Below are positions 38,231-50,160 of a stretch of DNA of 64,000 bases, one piece after another. The translations under genes were made by a program, and so were the position numbers. Every line of letters begins with the position of its first letter. Positions within the stretch are counted from its first letter, which is position 1. The DNA comes from an uncultured Methanosarcinales archaeon (GTDB lineage: Archaea; Nanobdellota; Nanobdellia; Woesearchaeales; WJKL01): contig CAZFSZ010000002.1 in assembly GCA_964521755.1 (NCBI GenBank), forward strand, positions 7,549 to 71,548. Reading direction: 5' to 3'. Under the pieces are notes generated by a model that had not been told where the DNA came from, did no database searches, and saw only the letters and a list, made by a program, of their open reading frames with translations.

Positions 38231-38545
38231 ATGCCGGGAACAAAAAGAAAAACAAAGGTCAAAATTCAAAAAGAAGGGCGTTACGCTAGATTTAAATCCA
38301 GAAGCAAAAAACTAAAATATGTTAAAACTCCTGGAGGAAGAACTAAAATTCATTATAAGAAGAAAAAACCTTCAAAAGCAAAATGTGCTGAGTGTGGAAA
38401 GCAATTGGCAGGAACATTAAGAAAACATCCTTCAAAAATGAAAAATATATCTAAAAACTCAAAAAGACCTGAAAGACCTTATGGGGGTTATCTGTGTTCA
38501 GATTGTATGAGAAAAAAGATTGTAAAAAGTGCTAGGACTAAATGA
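38231..38545 (+). CDS. rpl34e: 50S ribosomal protein L34e
   Basis: C4 zinc ribbon CAECGK...CSDCMRKKI; basic. Confidence 0.85.
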   Translation: MPGTKRKTKVKIQKEGRYARFKSRSKKLKYVKTPGGRTKIHYKKKKPSKAKCAECGKQLAGTLRKHPSKMKNISKNSKRPERPYGGYLCSDCMRKKIVKSARTK

Positions 38546-38607
38546 TAATAGTTTCAATATTAAAACCAGTGATAGAGTTAATTAAAATAATAACAAAGTG
38601 ATAAAAA

Positions 38608-38982
38608 ATGATTAAAGTTGGAAGATTATGCATTAAAATTGCAGGAAGAGACGCAGGAAAGAAATGCGTTGTTGTAGATATTATAGATGATGATATTGTT
38701 TTGATAGACGGAGAGACAAGAAGAAGAAACTGTAACATCAAACATCTTGAACCATTAAAAGAAACAGTCAAGGTCAAGAAAGGAGCATCTCATCAGGAAG
38801 TTACTAAAACCTTGAAAAAAATAGACATAGAAGCAAGATCTACAAAACCTAAAGAATCTGCAGAACGTCCAAAAAAACAGAGAAATAAAAAATCAAAGTC
38901 TGGATCTGAAGAATCTAAGCCTAAAAAATCATCAAAGAAAAAAGAAGCAAAATCATCAAAAAAAGAAACCATGAAGAGATAA
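38608..38982 (+). CDS. rpl14e: 50S ribosomal protein L14e (KOW) with Lys-rich C-terminal tail
   Basis: MIKVGRLCIKIAGRDAGKKCVVVDIIDD... Confidence 0.8.
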   Translation: MIKVGRLCIKIAGRDAGKKCVVVDIIDDDIVLIDGETRRRNCNIKHLEPLKETVKVKKGASHQEVTKTLKKIDIEARSTKPKESAERPKKQRNKKSKSGSEESKPKKSSKKKEAKSSKKETMKR

Positions 38983-39028
38983 TTCTTGATTTAATTTTTT
39001 AATTTTACTGCCTTTTTACCTTATATTT

Positions 39029-39283
39029 TTATCTAATATATCTAAAAAATCCTTTTGCATAAGAATTACGTCTTGCCCTATCATGTTCATCAGATCTTTT
39101 TCTAATATAATCCAAAGTTTTATTTGTAAATTCATTCCAGTCTGTTTCTTTAGTTATTTCTATAAATTCTTCTCTATTGATTTCCTTCCCATCCCTAATT
39201 TTTTCTAGTATATCTTCAATTGCCATATAAATAAAAAATATTGATAGAATAAAAAGTTTATTATATCGCTTCAAACACTTCAA
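39029..39283 (-). CDS. small hypothetical protein
   Basis: ORF only; likely internal start MAIEDILEKIRDGKEINREEF. Confidence 0.25.
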   Translation of the reverse strand: MKCLKRYNKLFILSIFFIYMAIEDILEKIRDGKEINREEFIEITKETDWNEFTNKTLDYIRKRSDEHDRARRNSYAKGFFRYIR

Positions 39284-39306
39284 ACTTTTTTGGTGAATTT
39301 TCAGTT

Positions 39307-40971
39307 TTATTTCAAAACTGAGAATAATTCTGTAAGATTCAGCTCAAATCCAGAAACAGGTACAGTTATATCAAAATTAGAAAGAACTTTTGGATTAAGC
39401 TCTCCAATATAAGCAACTTTCTTTCCATTTACAACTACTCTTCCAACTCTTCCTTTGATAAAACTTTTATGTTCAACATCCACAATCTCACAATCAATAT
39501 CAAAGCTTCTTAATATAAAATCTATTGCCTGCCTAGCTTCAGTATAATCAGCGCCCTCATGTGCAGAAACAGCAGCGATCCTGTGGTAATCTACAGCTTT
39601 GTCATCTTTTTTGACTGTGACCAGTCCTTCTTCAAATATTTTCTGAGGATATTCCACACTTTTGTTCTTTCCTAAAACATCCATAAGTACAGGCATCATC
39701 CAGTTACGAAGTACAGAATATCTTTCAGACATATACTCCTTTAATTCTATCAAAGAAAATTCCTTGACATTCATCTTCTCAAATAAAACCTCTTTGTTTG
39801 AAAGCATCGCTGACATCACTTCCTGGTATCCCAGCCCAACCATTAACTCTCTGACTTTGTCAACGAAATTAACAACCGGAAAAGTTTTTCCCACAGTATA
39901 ACTCTTCATATATTCCATATCTATATTGCTGTACCCGTACGCAATTGCGATATCTTCGATAACATCAACAGGGTGCATTACATCTCTTCTGTAATTTGGA
40001 ATTCTTACAGCCCCTTTGTTATATCCATACTGCATTTTTTCCAATAATTTTTTTATCTTATCTTCCTTTAATTTCAAACCCAATATCTCATTTACCTGGC
40101 TCAAAGAAATCTTCACTTTCTCATCAAAAAGGAAAGGTGTTGTGATCTTGTCATTTTTCTTGTCAGGATATTCTACTGTAACTGATTCTATCTTAAATCC
40201 CCTCTCAAAAAAAGCCTGTGCAAATATATTTGCCGCCAATAGTACAGAATCCAGATCTTCTCCAGTCGCTTCAAAAAACAAATCTTCATCTCCAATATTT
40301 ATCTTGCCTGAATAATTTGAATTTATAATTGGTGGAAAGCTTAATACTGTATCATCATTGTCCAAAAGAATAGGATATTTGGGCATCCCTTCTAAGATCC
40401 ATGCATATTCTTTTCCAGTTGGATGGTCTTCCAAAATCTCTTGCTGGGTCATCTCTTTCTTGTATTCCAAAGGTACAAACTTGATTGACTCTGACTTGGT
40501 TGCTTTATAATGTATTGGAAATTTTATTTTTTTGTAATTATAAACACCAATAGCGACCTTCTTCCTTCTTCTCCCATAGCTGTCGCAAAATTTCTCCTGT
40601 AAATCGATAACCTGTTTGATAAACTTGTCATCAACCTTCTTTCCTTTTGCGACAAATGCAGCAACATACGGCCTTATATTTTTGACAGACTTGTCTACGA
40701 TCAATCTATGCTCAGATTTCTTGAACACATCCAGTTTTGGTATTCCTTTCTGCTTTCCTATCAACCCCTTGATTAGCCTTGCTACACCTTCAACACTCCA
40801 TAGATAAGGAAGATTAGTATCTCCAAAACTGACAGTAATTTCGTCATTTTCTTCATCATATCCTTCCAACTCTCCTTTTCCATATTCCAATAATTCAGCT
40901 AATTCTTTTATTGGAATCTTTTTCCCTACTAAATTGCACAAATCTTTATTTTGAAATGAAATGGTTGGCAT
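39307..40971 (-). CDS. pheT: phenylalanine--tRNA ligase beta subunit (archaeal type)
   Basis: Archaeal PheT N-terminus MPTISFQNKDLCNLVGKKIPIKELAELL, B3/4 and B5 domain pattern. Confidence 0.85.
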   Translation of the reverse strand: MPTISFQNKDLCNLVGKKIPIKELAELLEYGKGELEGYDEENDEITVSFGDTNLPYLWSVEGVARLIKGLIGKQKGIPKLDVFKKSEHRLIVDKSVKNIRPYVAAFVAKGKKVDDKFIKQVIDLQEKFCDSYGRRRKKVAIGVYNYKKIKFPIHYKATKSESIKFVPLEYKKEMTQQEILEDHPTGKEYAWILEGMPKYPILLDNDDTVLSFPPIINSNYSGKINIGDEDLFFEATGEDLDSVLLAANIFAQAFFERGFKIESVTVEYPDKKNDKITTPFLFDEKVKISLSQVNEILGLKLKEDKIKKLLEKMQYGYNKGAVRIPNYRRDVMHPVDVIEDIAIAYGYSNIDMEYMKSYTVGKTFPVVNFVDKVRELMVGLGYQEVMSAMLSNKEVLFEKMNVKEFSLIELKEYMSERYSVLRNWMMPVLMDVLGKNKSVEYPQKIFEEGLVTVKKDDKAVDYHRIAAVSAHEGADYTEARQAIDFILRSFDIDCEIVDVEHKSFIKGRVGRVVVNGKKVAYIGELNPKVLSNFDITVPVSGFELNLTELFSVLK

Positions 40972-40975
40972 TTTA

Positions 40976-42493
40976 TTAAATATTCACCTTTGTCTTTCTT
41001 AACACGTCAAGATTATGGCTGAACAGGTCCCTTATATCTTTTAACCCAAGTTTAAACATCGCAATCCTGTCTATCCCCAAACCCCAAGCAATAACTGGAA
41101 CATTTATTCCAAGAGGTCTTGTTACTTCGGGTCTGAATATACCTGCTCCTCCCAGCTCTATCCATCCTAATTCAGGGTGCTTTGCAAATAATTCTACTGA
41201 AGGCTCAGTAAACGGAAAATATCCTGGAACTAACTTTATTTTTTCAGTATCTGCAAATTTTCTTGCAAACATCTGCAAAAGCCCAAATAAATGTTTGATA
41301 TTGAGCCCTTCCTCTACCACAATTCCCTCAACCTGGTTAAAATCAGGTAAATGGGTAGCATCGATAACATCATATCTAAAGCATCTTGTAATCGCAAAAT
41401 ATTTCGCTGGAATCTTAAGATCATCAGAAGCAAGCATTCTTGCAGAACATGCTGTTCCTTGTGTCCTCAATAAGTTCCTTTTTGTCCTTAAGGTATCAAA
41501 CTTATAACCCCATCCCTTGCTTCCGGTACCAAATCCATTTTCATGAGCATTTTTCACATTATTTAGAAATTTCTTATCAATATCAGCAAATTCAGGCTCT
41601 TTCACATAATAAGCTTCATGGATGTCTCTTGCGGAATGAAATTGGGGCATATACAATGCATCCATATCCCAAAAATCATTCTCAACTATGGGCCCGTCCA
41701 TCTCTATAAATCCTAAAGAGATAAACTTGTTTCTTACCTCATCCAAAAACTTTCTATAATGTTGCTTTTTCCCTCCAAACCTGACAGGAACATTTATGCT
41801 TACATCATAACCTCTGAATTTTTTGTTTTTCCAACTCTCCTTCTTCAGCATTTCAGTAGTTAATTTATCCTCTACTTTTCCCTTGATTCCTTTTTTGATT
41901 ACTTTTTTTCCTAAGTCAGTTAATTTAATTTTTTTTGATTTCTTGATATTCACTTCAACAATATTTTTTCTTTTCTTTAGTTCTTCAAATATCTTCCTTT
42001 CCTCATCAGAAAGTTTTTTTACCTCAATTGGAAAATCATTTTTCAAAAAATCTCCTGTTTTTTTCAAGTTCTCTAAAAAAAATTTTACTGCGGGTGTTGA
42101 CTTGAATTTTAATTTATTTTTTTCCTTGCTTATAATAATTGCAGAATTCTTTTTTAATATTCCAATACAAGCCCCATATTCCTGCTTGTTTAATTTATTT
42201 TTAATCTCATCTTCATTTTTTGCTTTGTCTTTTATAATATCCAAAAATCTTTTCTCGGGCATTCCTTTTTCCAAATATTCTTTCCCGTTTTTTCCTAGTT
42301 CAACTACTTTTTTAAGTTTCTCTTTTATTTTTAAAACGTCTTTATTGCTCAGCCATTGTAATGCCCTCATAATTTCTACTTCTTTTAATTCTGTTTTTCT
42401 AGAAATACTTTCAATATCTCCTGCTTTATCTAAAACAGGCAAAACCTTTCTTTCCAATGGATGCAATTTATTGATAGTTTTATTTATATCCAT
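40976..42493 (-). CDS. pheS: phenylalanine--tRNA ligase alpha subunit (archaeal type)
   Basis: Class II motifs ...FRYDVIDATHLPDFNQVEG... and GAGIFRPEV...GLGIDRIAM. Confidence 0.9.
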   Translation of the reverse strand: MDINKTINKLHPLERKVLPVLDKAGDIESISRKTELKEVEIMRALQWLSNKDVLKIKEKLKKVVELGKNGKEYLEKGMPEKRFLDIIKDKAKNEDEIKNKLNKQEYGACIGILKKNSAIIISKEKNKLKFKSTPAVKFFLENLKKTGDFLKNDFPIEVKKLSDEERKIFEELKKRKNIVEVNIKKSKKIKLTDLGKKVIKKGIKGKVEDKLTTEMLKKESWKNKKFRGYDVSINVPVRFGGKKQHYRKFLDEVRNKFISLGFIEMDGPIVENDFWDMDALYMPQFHSARDIHEAYYVKEPEFADIDKKFLNNVKNAHENGFGTGSKGWGYKFDTLRTKRNLLRTQGTACSARMLASDDLKIPAKYFAITRCFRYDVIDATHLPDFNQVEGIVVEEGLNIKHLFGLLQMFARKFADTEKIKLVPGYFPFTEPSVELFAKHPELGWIELGGAGIFRPEVTRPLGINVPVIAWGLGIDRIAMFKLGLKDIRDLFSHNLDVLRKTKVNI

Positions 42494-42557
42494 TATATTT
42501 CCAAAAATATTATTGGTTTAAAAATCTTATGTTAAAAAAGAAAAGAAAAAAAGAATT

Positions 42558-43367
42558 TTATGGTTTTTTCATACCTTTCCAGGCATTGTCAAACAATCCT
42601 GATAATGCATTTGCAAAAAAAGGAGATTTAACCCAAATTCCTGTATCATTTGTAGGATGAACTTTCTTGTCATCCATCAGCATAAAAATAACATCTTTAT
42701 TATCAACTACACAGAATCTAGCATTAGGATCTTTGTTTTTTAGGTGTCTGACCTCTACTAGATTGGCAACATCATTTAAAGAATTTTTATTTTCTTTAGT
42801 AATCGGTGCAGCTATTTTGATATTGACGCCTTTCTTGTTTAACTTTTCAAAAACAGGTTTCAACCCTTCGATCTTTCTCATCAAACCCTTATCTGTGGTC
42901 ATTATTGTTACTGCATCCTTTGCATTTCTGATTGTAAGTTCAAGATGATTGTATAAATTATGTCTTCCCTTTAAACTGCCGCTTAAATCAGTTGGATCTA
43001 TTAATTCTATGCCTTGTGTATGCAGCGTGTTTAATTCATTAAGCAGTTCTGTGTCTTTTAAATCTTCAAGCTTCTTTACTTTCTTGTCAGCTTCCTGCCT
43101 CATATTCTTTTTAACTCTTTCAATGACTTCGGAAGGAGGCACCGCAATATATTTTATTGGCTTACCTAATTTCATTACTACAAAGCCTTTCTTCTCCAGA
43201 CTTTCCAGAACATCATAACTTCTGCTTCTTGGAACATTAGCAATGTCAGAAAGTTCCCCTGCTGTAGAAACTCCTCGAGAAAGTAGTGCAGTCCATATCT
43301 TAACTTCGTATAAGTTTAAAGCAAAGAACCTCCTTAGTTTGCTTAAAAATTCGTCTTTTACAATCAT
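42558..43367 (-). CDS. TrmB-family transcriptional regulator
   Basis: The N-terminal wHTH LYEVKIWTALLSRGVSTAGELSDIANVPRSRSYDVLESLEKKGFV is typical of TrmB. Confidence 0.7.
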   Translation of the reverse strand: MIVKDEFLSKLRRFFALNLYEVKIWTALLSRGVSTAGELSDIANVPRSRSYDVLESLEKKGFVVMKLGKPIKYIAVPPSEVIERVKKNMRQEADKKVKKLEDLKDTELLNELNTLHTQGIELIDPTDLSGSLKGRHNLYNHLELTIRNAKDAVTIMTTDKGLMRKIEGLKPVFEKLNKKGVNIKIAAPITKENKNSLNDVANLVEVRHLKNKDPNARFCVVDNKDVIFMLMDDKKVHPTNDTGIWVKSPFFANALSGLFDNAWKGMKKP

Positions 43368-43579
43368 TTATAACCCCCCTCTTTTTTGGTATTTTACTAT
43401 TGCTTGTATACAACAATCATTCACCGCTATAAATATGTTATCTTTTTTCACTTCGCTACAGATATGTTTAATCTCTCAAGAGTCATAAAAATAGAACTAA
43501 TATATAAATATTTAGGTTGTCTTGTTTGGCAAAAATTATAACAAAGTTTAAATAATTTAAAAATCTTGAAACCAATATA

Positions 43580-44216
43580 ATGAAAAAGCTGAATTTCAAA
43601 AAGACAAAAAAAATTCTGGATAAATATAAAATCACTTATCCAAAATCTAAAATTACTGGTTCCAAAAAAGATGCAGTTAAGCTCGCAAAGAAGATAGGTT
43701 TTCCGGTTGTTCTAAAAATCTCTTCTCCTTCTGTAATTCACAAGACTGAAATTCATGGGGTTGAAAAATATTTACAGGACCAGAAACAAGTTAAATCTGC
43801 CTATGAAAAACTGTCAAAAATAATAACTAAAAAAAACATCAAGGATGCTAAAATCCTTCTCCAAAAGATGGTCCCTGGAACAGAGATAATCATTGGGATG
43901 AAAAGAGACCCCCAGTTTGATGTTGTTTTGATTTTCGGATTAGGGGGTGTTTTTGTTGAAGTATTAAAAGACGTTTCATTTAGGGTGGCTCCGATAGATA
44001 AAAAACAGGCAAAAGAGATGATCCAAGAGATAAAAGGGTATAAGATATTAAAAGGAGCCAGAGGAAAAAAGCCTGTAAAGATTTCTGCACTTGTAAACCT
44101 GCTGACCAAAGTCTCAAAGCTTGCTCTGGAAAATAATAATATCCAGGAGATTGATTTTAATCCTGTCATCGCAGATGAAAAATCTGCACTGGTTGTGGAT
44201 ATGAGGATCTTGGAAA

Positions 44217-44227
<11 letters not shown>
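43580..44227 (+). CDS. acdB: acetyl-CoA synthetase (ADP-forming) beta subunit (ATP-grasp)
   Basis: ATP-grasp pattern KLAKKIGFPVVLKISSPSVIHKTEIHGV; adjacent to and overlapping the alpha subunit. Confidence 0.7.
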
Positions 44228-45674
<1,447 letters not shown>

Positions 45675-45683
45675 TCTCAAGAA

Positions 45684-46751
45684 TCAATAATTCAGCTTAT
45701 ATCTCAATATTGCTCCAATTCCTCCCAAACCTTCCAATTTCTTTCCTCCTTCAAACTCGCTGCTGATGATATGAACTTCTCCTTTTGTTTTGTCTGTGAA
45801 TTTCATCACTTCATCAACTTTTTTGTATTTTCCCTCTTCTCTTTTTTTGTCTATAAATTTGTCAGTTATCAATAAAACTTTTACTGCTCCTGCAGCTGCT
45901 GCCTTCTCTACTTCCTTAAATCCATATGAACCTAACTCTTGTTTTGATATCTCTGTCAGCAGCTCTTCCACTAACTTCAGTTCCTTTGAAACCCTGTCTT
46001 TCTTCAATACTTCCCTTGTCTCAGGCCTTTTCAAAACCTCATTAACTGCGTTTTCTCCAACGCTGCTGCACGTGGCTGTTATAATCTTTTTCTTTAATTT
46101 GTCATCTTCAATTCTGTTGATTAATTCTTCTTTCCAAAAAGCAGGACTTGCAACAATGATATGGTCTGTTTTGTATCTTTCTGAATATTCCTTCAGCATT
46201 TTTATAATATCTTCATAAAAACTTCCTCTCGCTACTGCTTTTTCTTCCTTTTTCTGAACCTCTCCTTCTAAAAATGTTAAGATATCATATCCTTTTCTTT
46301 TTGAAAGTGCAAAGATTGCCTCTTCCCTATTCAAGATACATATTAATATTGAAGGCTGTTTAAAAGATGCAGCCTCTTTTAATTTATCTAACTGAAATTT
46401 AAGCCATTTCTCTTTTTTTATTTCTGCTATCTTTCCTTCCTTAAAATTAAATGTATGATGGCTTCCTTTTGGAACTTCCTCAGGACCTTCCTTAACAACA
46501 CCTGAAATCCTTAATATATCGTCTTTAAACTCTATTTTCTCCACTTCAATTGAAATAAAAATATTCTTTTTTGTGGTCTCTGTCCTTCTCTGCTCTTTTT
46601 CTCCTATCTTTATCTTTCTGACAGTTTTTCCGCTGATAATGTCTCCTGCTTCAATTATATGGCTTAAATACCACAAATCATCAAGACTATCTATTTTAAC
46701 TTTTATTTCATTTTTTCTTAGATTTTTTCTAATTATCTTCATTATATACAA
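45684..46751 (-). CDS. pelA: Pelota/Dom34 (mRNA surveillance, aRF1-like)
   Basis: Three-domain aRF1-like architecture with N-terminal MKIIRKNLRKNEIKVKIDSLDDLWYLSHII. Confidence 0.8.
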   Translation of the reverse strand: MYIMKIIRKNLRKNEIKVKIDSLDDLWYLSHIIEAGDIISGKTVRKIKIGEKEQRRTETTKKNIFISIEVEKIEFKDDILRISGVVKEGPEEVPKGSHHTFNFKEGKIAEIKKEKWLKFQLDKLKEAASFKQPSILICILNREEAIFALSKRKGYDILTFLEGEVQKKEEKAVARGSFYEDIIKMLKEYSERYKTDHIIVASPAFWKEELINRIEDDKLKKKIITATCSSVGENAVNEVLKRPETREVLKKDRVSKELKLVEELLTEISKQELGSYGFKEVEKAAAAGAVKVLLITDKFIDKKREEGKYKKVDEVMKFTDKTKGEVHIISSEFEGGKKLEGLGGIGAILRYKLNY

Positions 46752-46836
46752 AATTTAGAAAAACATTTATATATACTTTATCATTTTAGTATAACAATCG
46801 ATATTATAAAAAAATCCTTTTTAAGAGGTGTAAACT

Positions 46837-48027
46837 ATGTTTTCAAAATTAAAGAAAAAAGCACAAGGTAATGCTTCAGCTGCTGCTGTCTTGATAGCGC
46901 TAATTGGTTTGTTTATCATATTATATATACTATTAATTCCTCCTGAAGAAAGAGAAAAAATCTTAGGAGAAGATGAACTGGAAAAAACCAAAGAAGCAGG
47001 AGAAAAAATGAATATTCTTCTTTCCGAATCTCCTGGAAGGCTCTTCCCTGCTGAAAAAAGAGAATTTGAACAGTCATTTCCAGCTGTAAGCATATATGTC
47101 GGAGAAGAAGGCATGGAATTAAAAAAACTGGATTCTTTATATGCTGGAAGATCATTGTTCAGCAGCAACAAAAACAATATCAGTTTTGAAGTTGTAAATA
47201 TTGGTAACATAGAGAATGCCCTGCTAAACTTTTATATAAAAGAAGGCCAGGGAAGGCTTATGATAAGATTAAATGGAAAAGAAATCTTTAATAAAGAACA
47301 AAAAAAAGGAAATATAGACCCCATTAATCTTAATGAATATCTTGTACAAGGAGAAAATTTGATTGAATTTGAAGTTTCCTCTCCCGGTGCAGCATTCTGG
47401 AGAACAAATGGGTATTCTCTGGAAGGTATCTTGGTGACTGCAGATATACTCAGGAAAGAAACCCAGGAAAGTTCTTTGGCTTTTGTAGCCAGTGAAGAGG
47501 AGATAAACAACATGAAAAAGGTAAAATTAAGGTTCACTCCTGACTGCACTCAAAGCACAGCAGGAACACTTACTGTAGAGATTAATAATTACAAACTTTA
47601 CTCTGCAGTTGCAGACTGTAATGTGCCTATAAAACCTTTAGAGTTCATTCCTGAAAGATTGATTGCAGGAGAAAATACACTAAAGTTTATTACAAATAAG
47701 GGAAGATACCTTATTGACAATATAATGTTAAACTCAGAATTAAAAGAAGCTGTTGCTCCTGTTTATTACTTTGAGATTGAAAAAGAAGATTTTGAAGATA
47801 TTGAAGAGAACAGAACAGAAGCAGTGTTGTACATAGAGTTTGTCGATGATATAAGTGAAAAAATTGCAGACATCACTGTTAACAACCGCCTTATGAGGCT
47901 TGACCAGACTGAAGTAGAGTTCAACCAAACTATAAGCAAATGGGTTGACCAGGGCAACAATGCCTTAAAGATAGAGCCTGAAGAAGTGCTTGACATAGTT
48001 GAATTAAAGGTTTCACTGGAAACTTAG
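46837..48027 (+). CDS. exported/membrane-anchored protein; N-terminus resembles a class III (type IV pilin-like) signal peptide
   Basis: MFSKLKKKAQG|NASAAAVLIALIGLFIILYILLI: basic stretch, Gly, then a ~22-aa hydrophobic segment. The remaining ~350 aa are hydrophilic. Confidence 0.35.
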   Translation: MFSKLKKKAQGNASAAAVLIALIGLFIILYILLIPPEEREKILGEDELEKTKEAGEKMNILLSESPGRLFPAEKREFEQSFPAVSIYVGEEGMELKKLDSLYAGRSLFSSNKNNISFEVVNIGNIENALLNFYIKEGQGRLMIRLNGKEIFNKEQKKGNIDPINLNEYLVQGENLIEFEVSSPGAAFWRTNGYSLEGILVTADILRKETQESSLAFVASEEEINNMKKVKLRFTPDCTQSTAGTLTVEINNYKLYSAVADCNVPIKPLEFIPERLIAGENTLKFITNKGRYLIDNIMLNSELKEAVAPVYYFEIEKEDFEDIEENRTEAVLYIEFVDDISEKIADITVNNRLMRLDQTEVEFNQTISKWVDQGNNALKIEPEEVLDIVELKVSLET

Positions 48028-48083
48028 ATTAAACTTAAATAAAAAAGAGGTGAATAAAGAAGAGTTCTTTTGATTAAATTAAA

Positions 48084-50159
48084 ATGGCTGAAGATGGTGT
48101 TTTTGGTTCTGCTGAAAAAGGATGGGATGTTTATATAGATGGCAAGCTTAAAGGATGGCATAGGACTAAATCATCTGCAGAAGCGGCATATCAGGAAGAA
48201 AAAGAAAAAGAGGCAAAAACAGACGCATCAGAAAAAAGTGATGAGACTGCGCCCCAAAAAGATGAAAAAACGGATTCTCCTTATTCGGGGTCTGGATTAA
48301 AAAAAGGAGCAAAAGCAACTGGAAAAGGTACGTTGAAAGGATTAAAGGCAGTAGGTACAGGAGCAATGGCAGCAGGCGGTGCTGCTCTAGGTGCATTAAA
48401 AAAAGGAAAAACAAGTAAAAAAAGAAGTCCAACAGGCGGTGCTGCTCTAGGTGCATTAAAAAAAGGAAAAACAAGTAAAAAAAGAAGTCCAACAGGCGGA
48501 GCTGGAATATGGTTTATTCTGGCTATAGTTTTATACCTTTTAGATCTGTTTATTACAAAATTTAATGGAATAGACATGGGAGTATTTTTTTCAAGATTTA
48601 TACAGCTTAGCCCTGAAAATATGGCAAGGCTGTTTTTAAATGGGGTTGTACTGGTACTGGCAATATCATACCTTTTATTAAAAAAACCCAGCAAAAGAGA
48701 ATTTTTATCTTTTTTCCTTCTGTTGGAAGTAGGAAGTCTGATCATAACATTGGGAGGAATTGATCCGGGAAGTATAATTCACATTCTGTTTGCTATATCT
48801 TTTTATATTTTTTACTTGTATCCTGTTTCAGGAGACAAGACAACAGCAAACTTTGTACTGTCTATTCTTTTGTTTATAGATTTCTTTGGATTTGGAATCC
48901 TGGCAAATTATGTAAATAATCCAATTATCTCCAACAGATTGATAATCCCTATTTGGATATATGCAATAATATTTACTACAAAAGACAAACCAACCTGGAT
49001 GAATGTTATAACTTTCTTTATAATCATAATAAATGTCTTTGCATTCTGGAACGGAGCAGTACAGCTCGGAAGGATTGAAGCAGGTCTTGAACCTGAACAG
49101 TTAGAAGAAGCCAAGGGTTTTATTTCAGGATCCTTAAAAAACATTGGGGATACATGGGGTTCATTGATGGATCCTGTTTATTGTTCTCGCCAGGAAAACT
49201 ACGATGAATGTTTAAATAAAAGAAGTGCAGAAAGAATCTGCTCAGAATATGAGGCAGGAACAGAAGAGCGTGAAGAATGTATAAATAAAGTACTTGGAAA
49301 AGGGGTGGAAGTAGAGATAAAAGAAGAGTATACTGCTACAGATATTAGATTTGAAGAACTTACAGATGCCGCATGGTATAAAAATATACCATCGAACAGC
49401 AGAGAAGAGATACCTATGAATGTTATCCTGAATGCCCCTATAGATAATCCTATAAATGTTAAACTATCTTGTTTATTTAAAACTGCAGATGAAAATGAGA
49501 TTCCTGGAATAATAAATCCTTCCAGGGCAAGGGAAATGATTGTAAAAGGAAATGACAAGGACCTGGTATATTGTTCCCCTGACCTTCATTACCCTGAACA
49601 AGACAGCATCACAGCTGTATTTGAGGTAACTGCTGAAGACATAACAACTACAGCAGTATTGGAAAGAATATTTGTAGGGGAAAAAATATGGATGGACAGA
49701 AAAGAAAAACAAAAAGTTCAGCAAACAGCTGGCTCATCCTTAAGGGAAAGCCAGGCATCTATAACTGGAGATGAATTTGCAGTTTATACTTTCAGGATAG
49801 GAGCAGACAAACTTGTCTATGATAAATCTACATTAACTTTTACTGGAAAATATGAAGATCTAAAAAAAGATGAAGGGGGGGAGCTTTTGTCTGTAAAAAA
49901 TGTTCTTATAGACCTAAGAGAATATGGTGTAGTCCCTTCACCCAATTGTGAAAAAGAAGGCTATAGGATAACTCAGGATTATAATATAATATGGGAAGGT
50001 ACAGGCAAACCATCACGTTTGACATGTGATTTAATTGTTCCAGAAAAACTAAGAAATATCAAGGATTTTGAAGATTATCCGGTAGAATTTAGGTCAGAGA
50101 TGGTTTATACTTACAAATACACCAAACAAAAAAAGATAGACTTGGTAAGCACAGCTTAA
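48084..50159 (+). CDS. large polytopic membrane protein with duplicated GAALGALKKGKTSKKRSPTG unit and big C-terminal extracytoplasmic domain
   Basis: ~7 TM segments (residues ~150-340), then a ~350-aa hydrophilic Cys-containing domain. Confidence 0.4.
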   Translation: MAEDGVFGSAEKGWDVYIDGKLKGWHRTKSSAEAAYQEEKEKEAKTDASEKSDETAPQKDEKTDSPYSGSGLKKGAKATGKGTLKGLKAVGTGAMAAGGAALGALKKGKTSKKRSPTGGAALGALKKGKTSKKRSPTGGAGIWFILAIVLYLLDLFITKFNGIDMGVFFSRFIQLSPENMARLFLNGVVLVLAISYLLLKKPSKREFLSFFLLLEVGSLIITLGGIDPGSIIHILFAISFYIFYLYPVSGDKTTANFVLSILLFIDFFGFGILANYVNNPIISNRLIIPIWIYAIIFTTKDKPTWMNVITFFIIIINVFAFWNGAVQLGRIEAGLEPEQLEEAKGFISGSLKNIGDTWGSLMDPVYCSRQENYDECLNKRSAERICSEYEAGTEEREECINKVLGKGVEVEIKEEYTATDIRFEELTDAAWYKNIPSNSREEIPMNVILNAPIDNPINVKLSCLFKTADENEIPGIINPSRAREMIVKGNDKDLVYCSPDLHYPEQDSITAVFEVTAEDITTTAVLERIFVGEKIWMDRKEKQKVQQTAGSSLRESQASITGDEFAVYTFRIGADKLVYDKSTLTFTGKYEDLKKDEGGELLSVKNVLIDLREYGVVPSPNCEKEGYRITQDYNIIWEGTGKPSRLTCDLIVPEKLRNIKDFEDYPVEFRSEMVYTYKYTKQKKIDLVSTA
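48375..48494. repeat. exact 60-nt tandem duplication within CDS
   Basis: GGCGGTGCTGCTCTAGGTGCATTAAAAAAAGGAAAAACAAGTAAAAAAAGAAGTCCAACA occurs twice back to back (48375-48434, 48435-48494). Confidence 0.9.
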
Positions 50160-50160
50160 A

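Noticed and set aside
48375-48494. Exact 60-nt tandem duplication considered as a CRISPR or other non-coding repeat
   Set aside because: It lies in frame inside a long ORF and encodes a duplicated 20-aa peptide. The antisense ORFs the track reports here (48166..48492, 48281..48745) are artefacts of the repeat.
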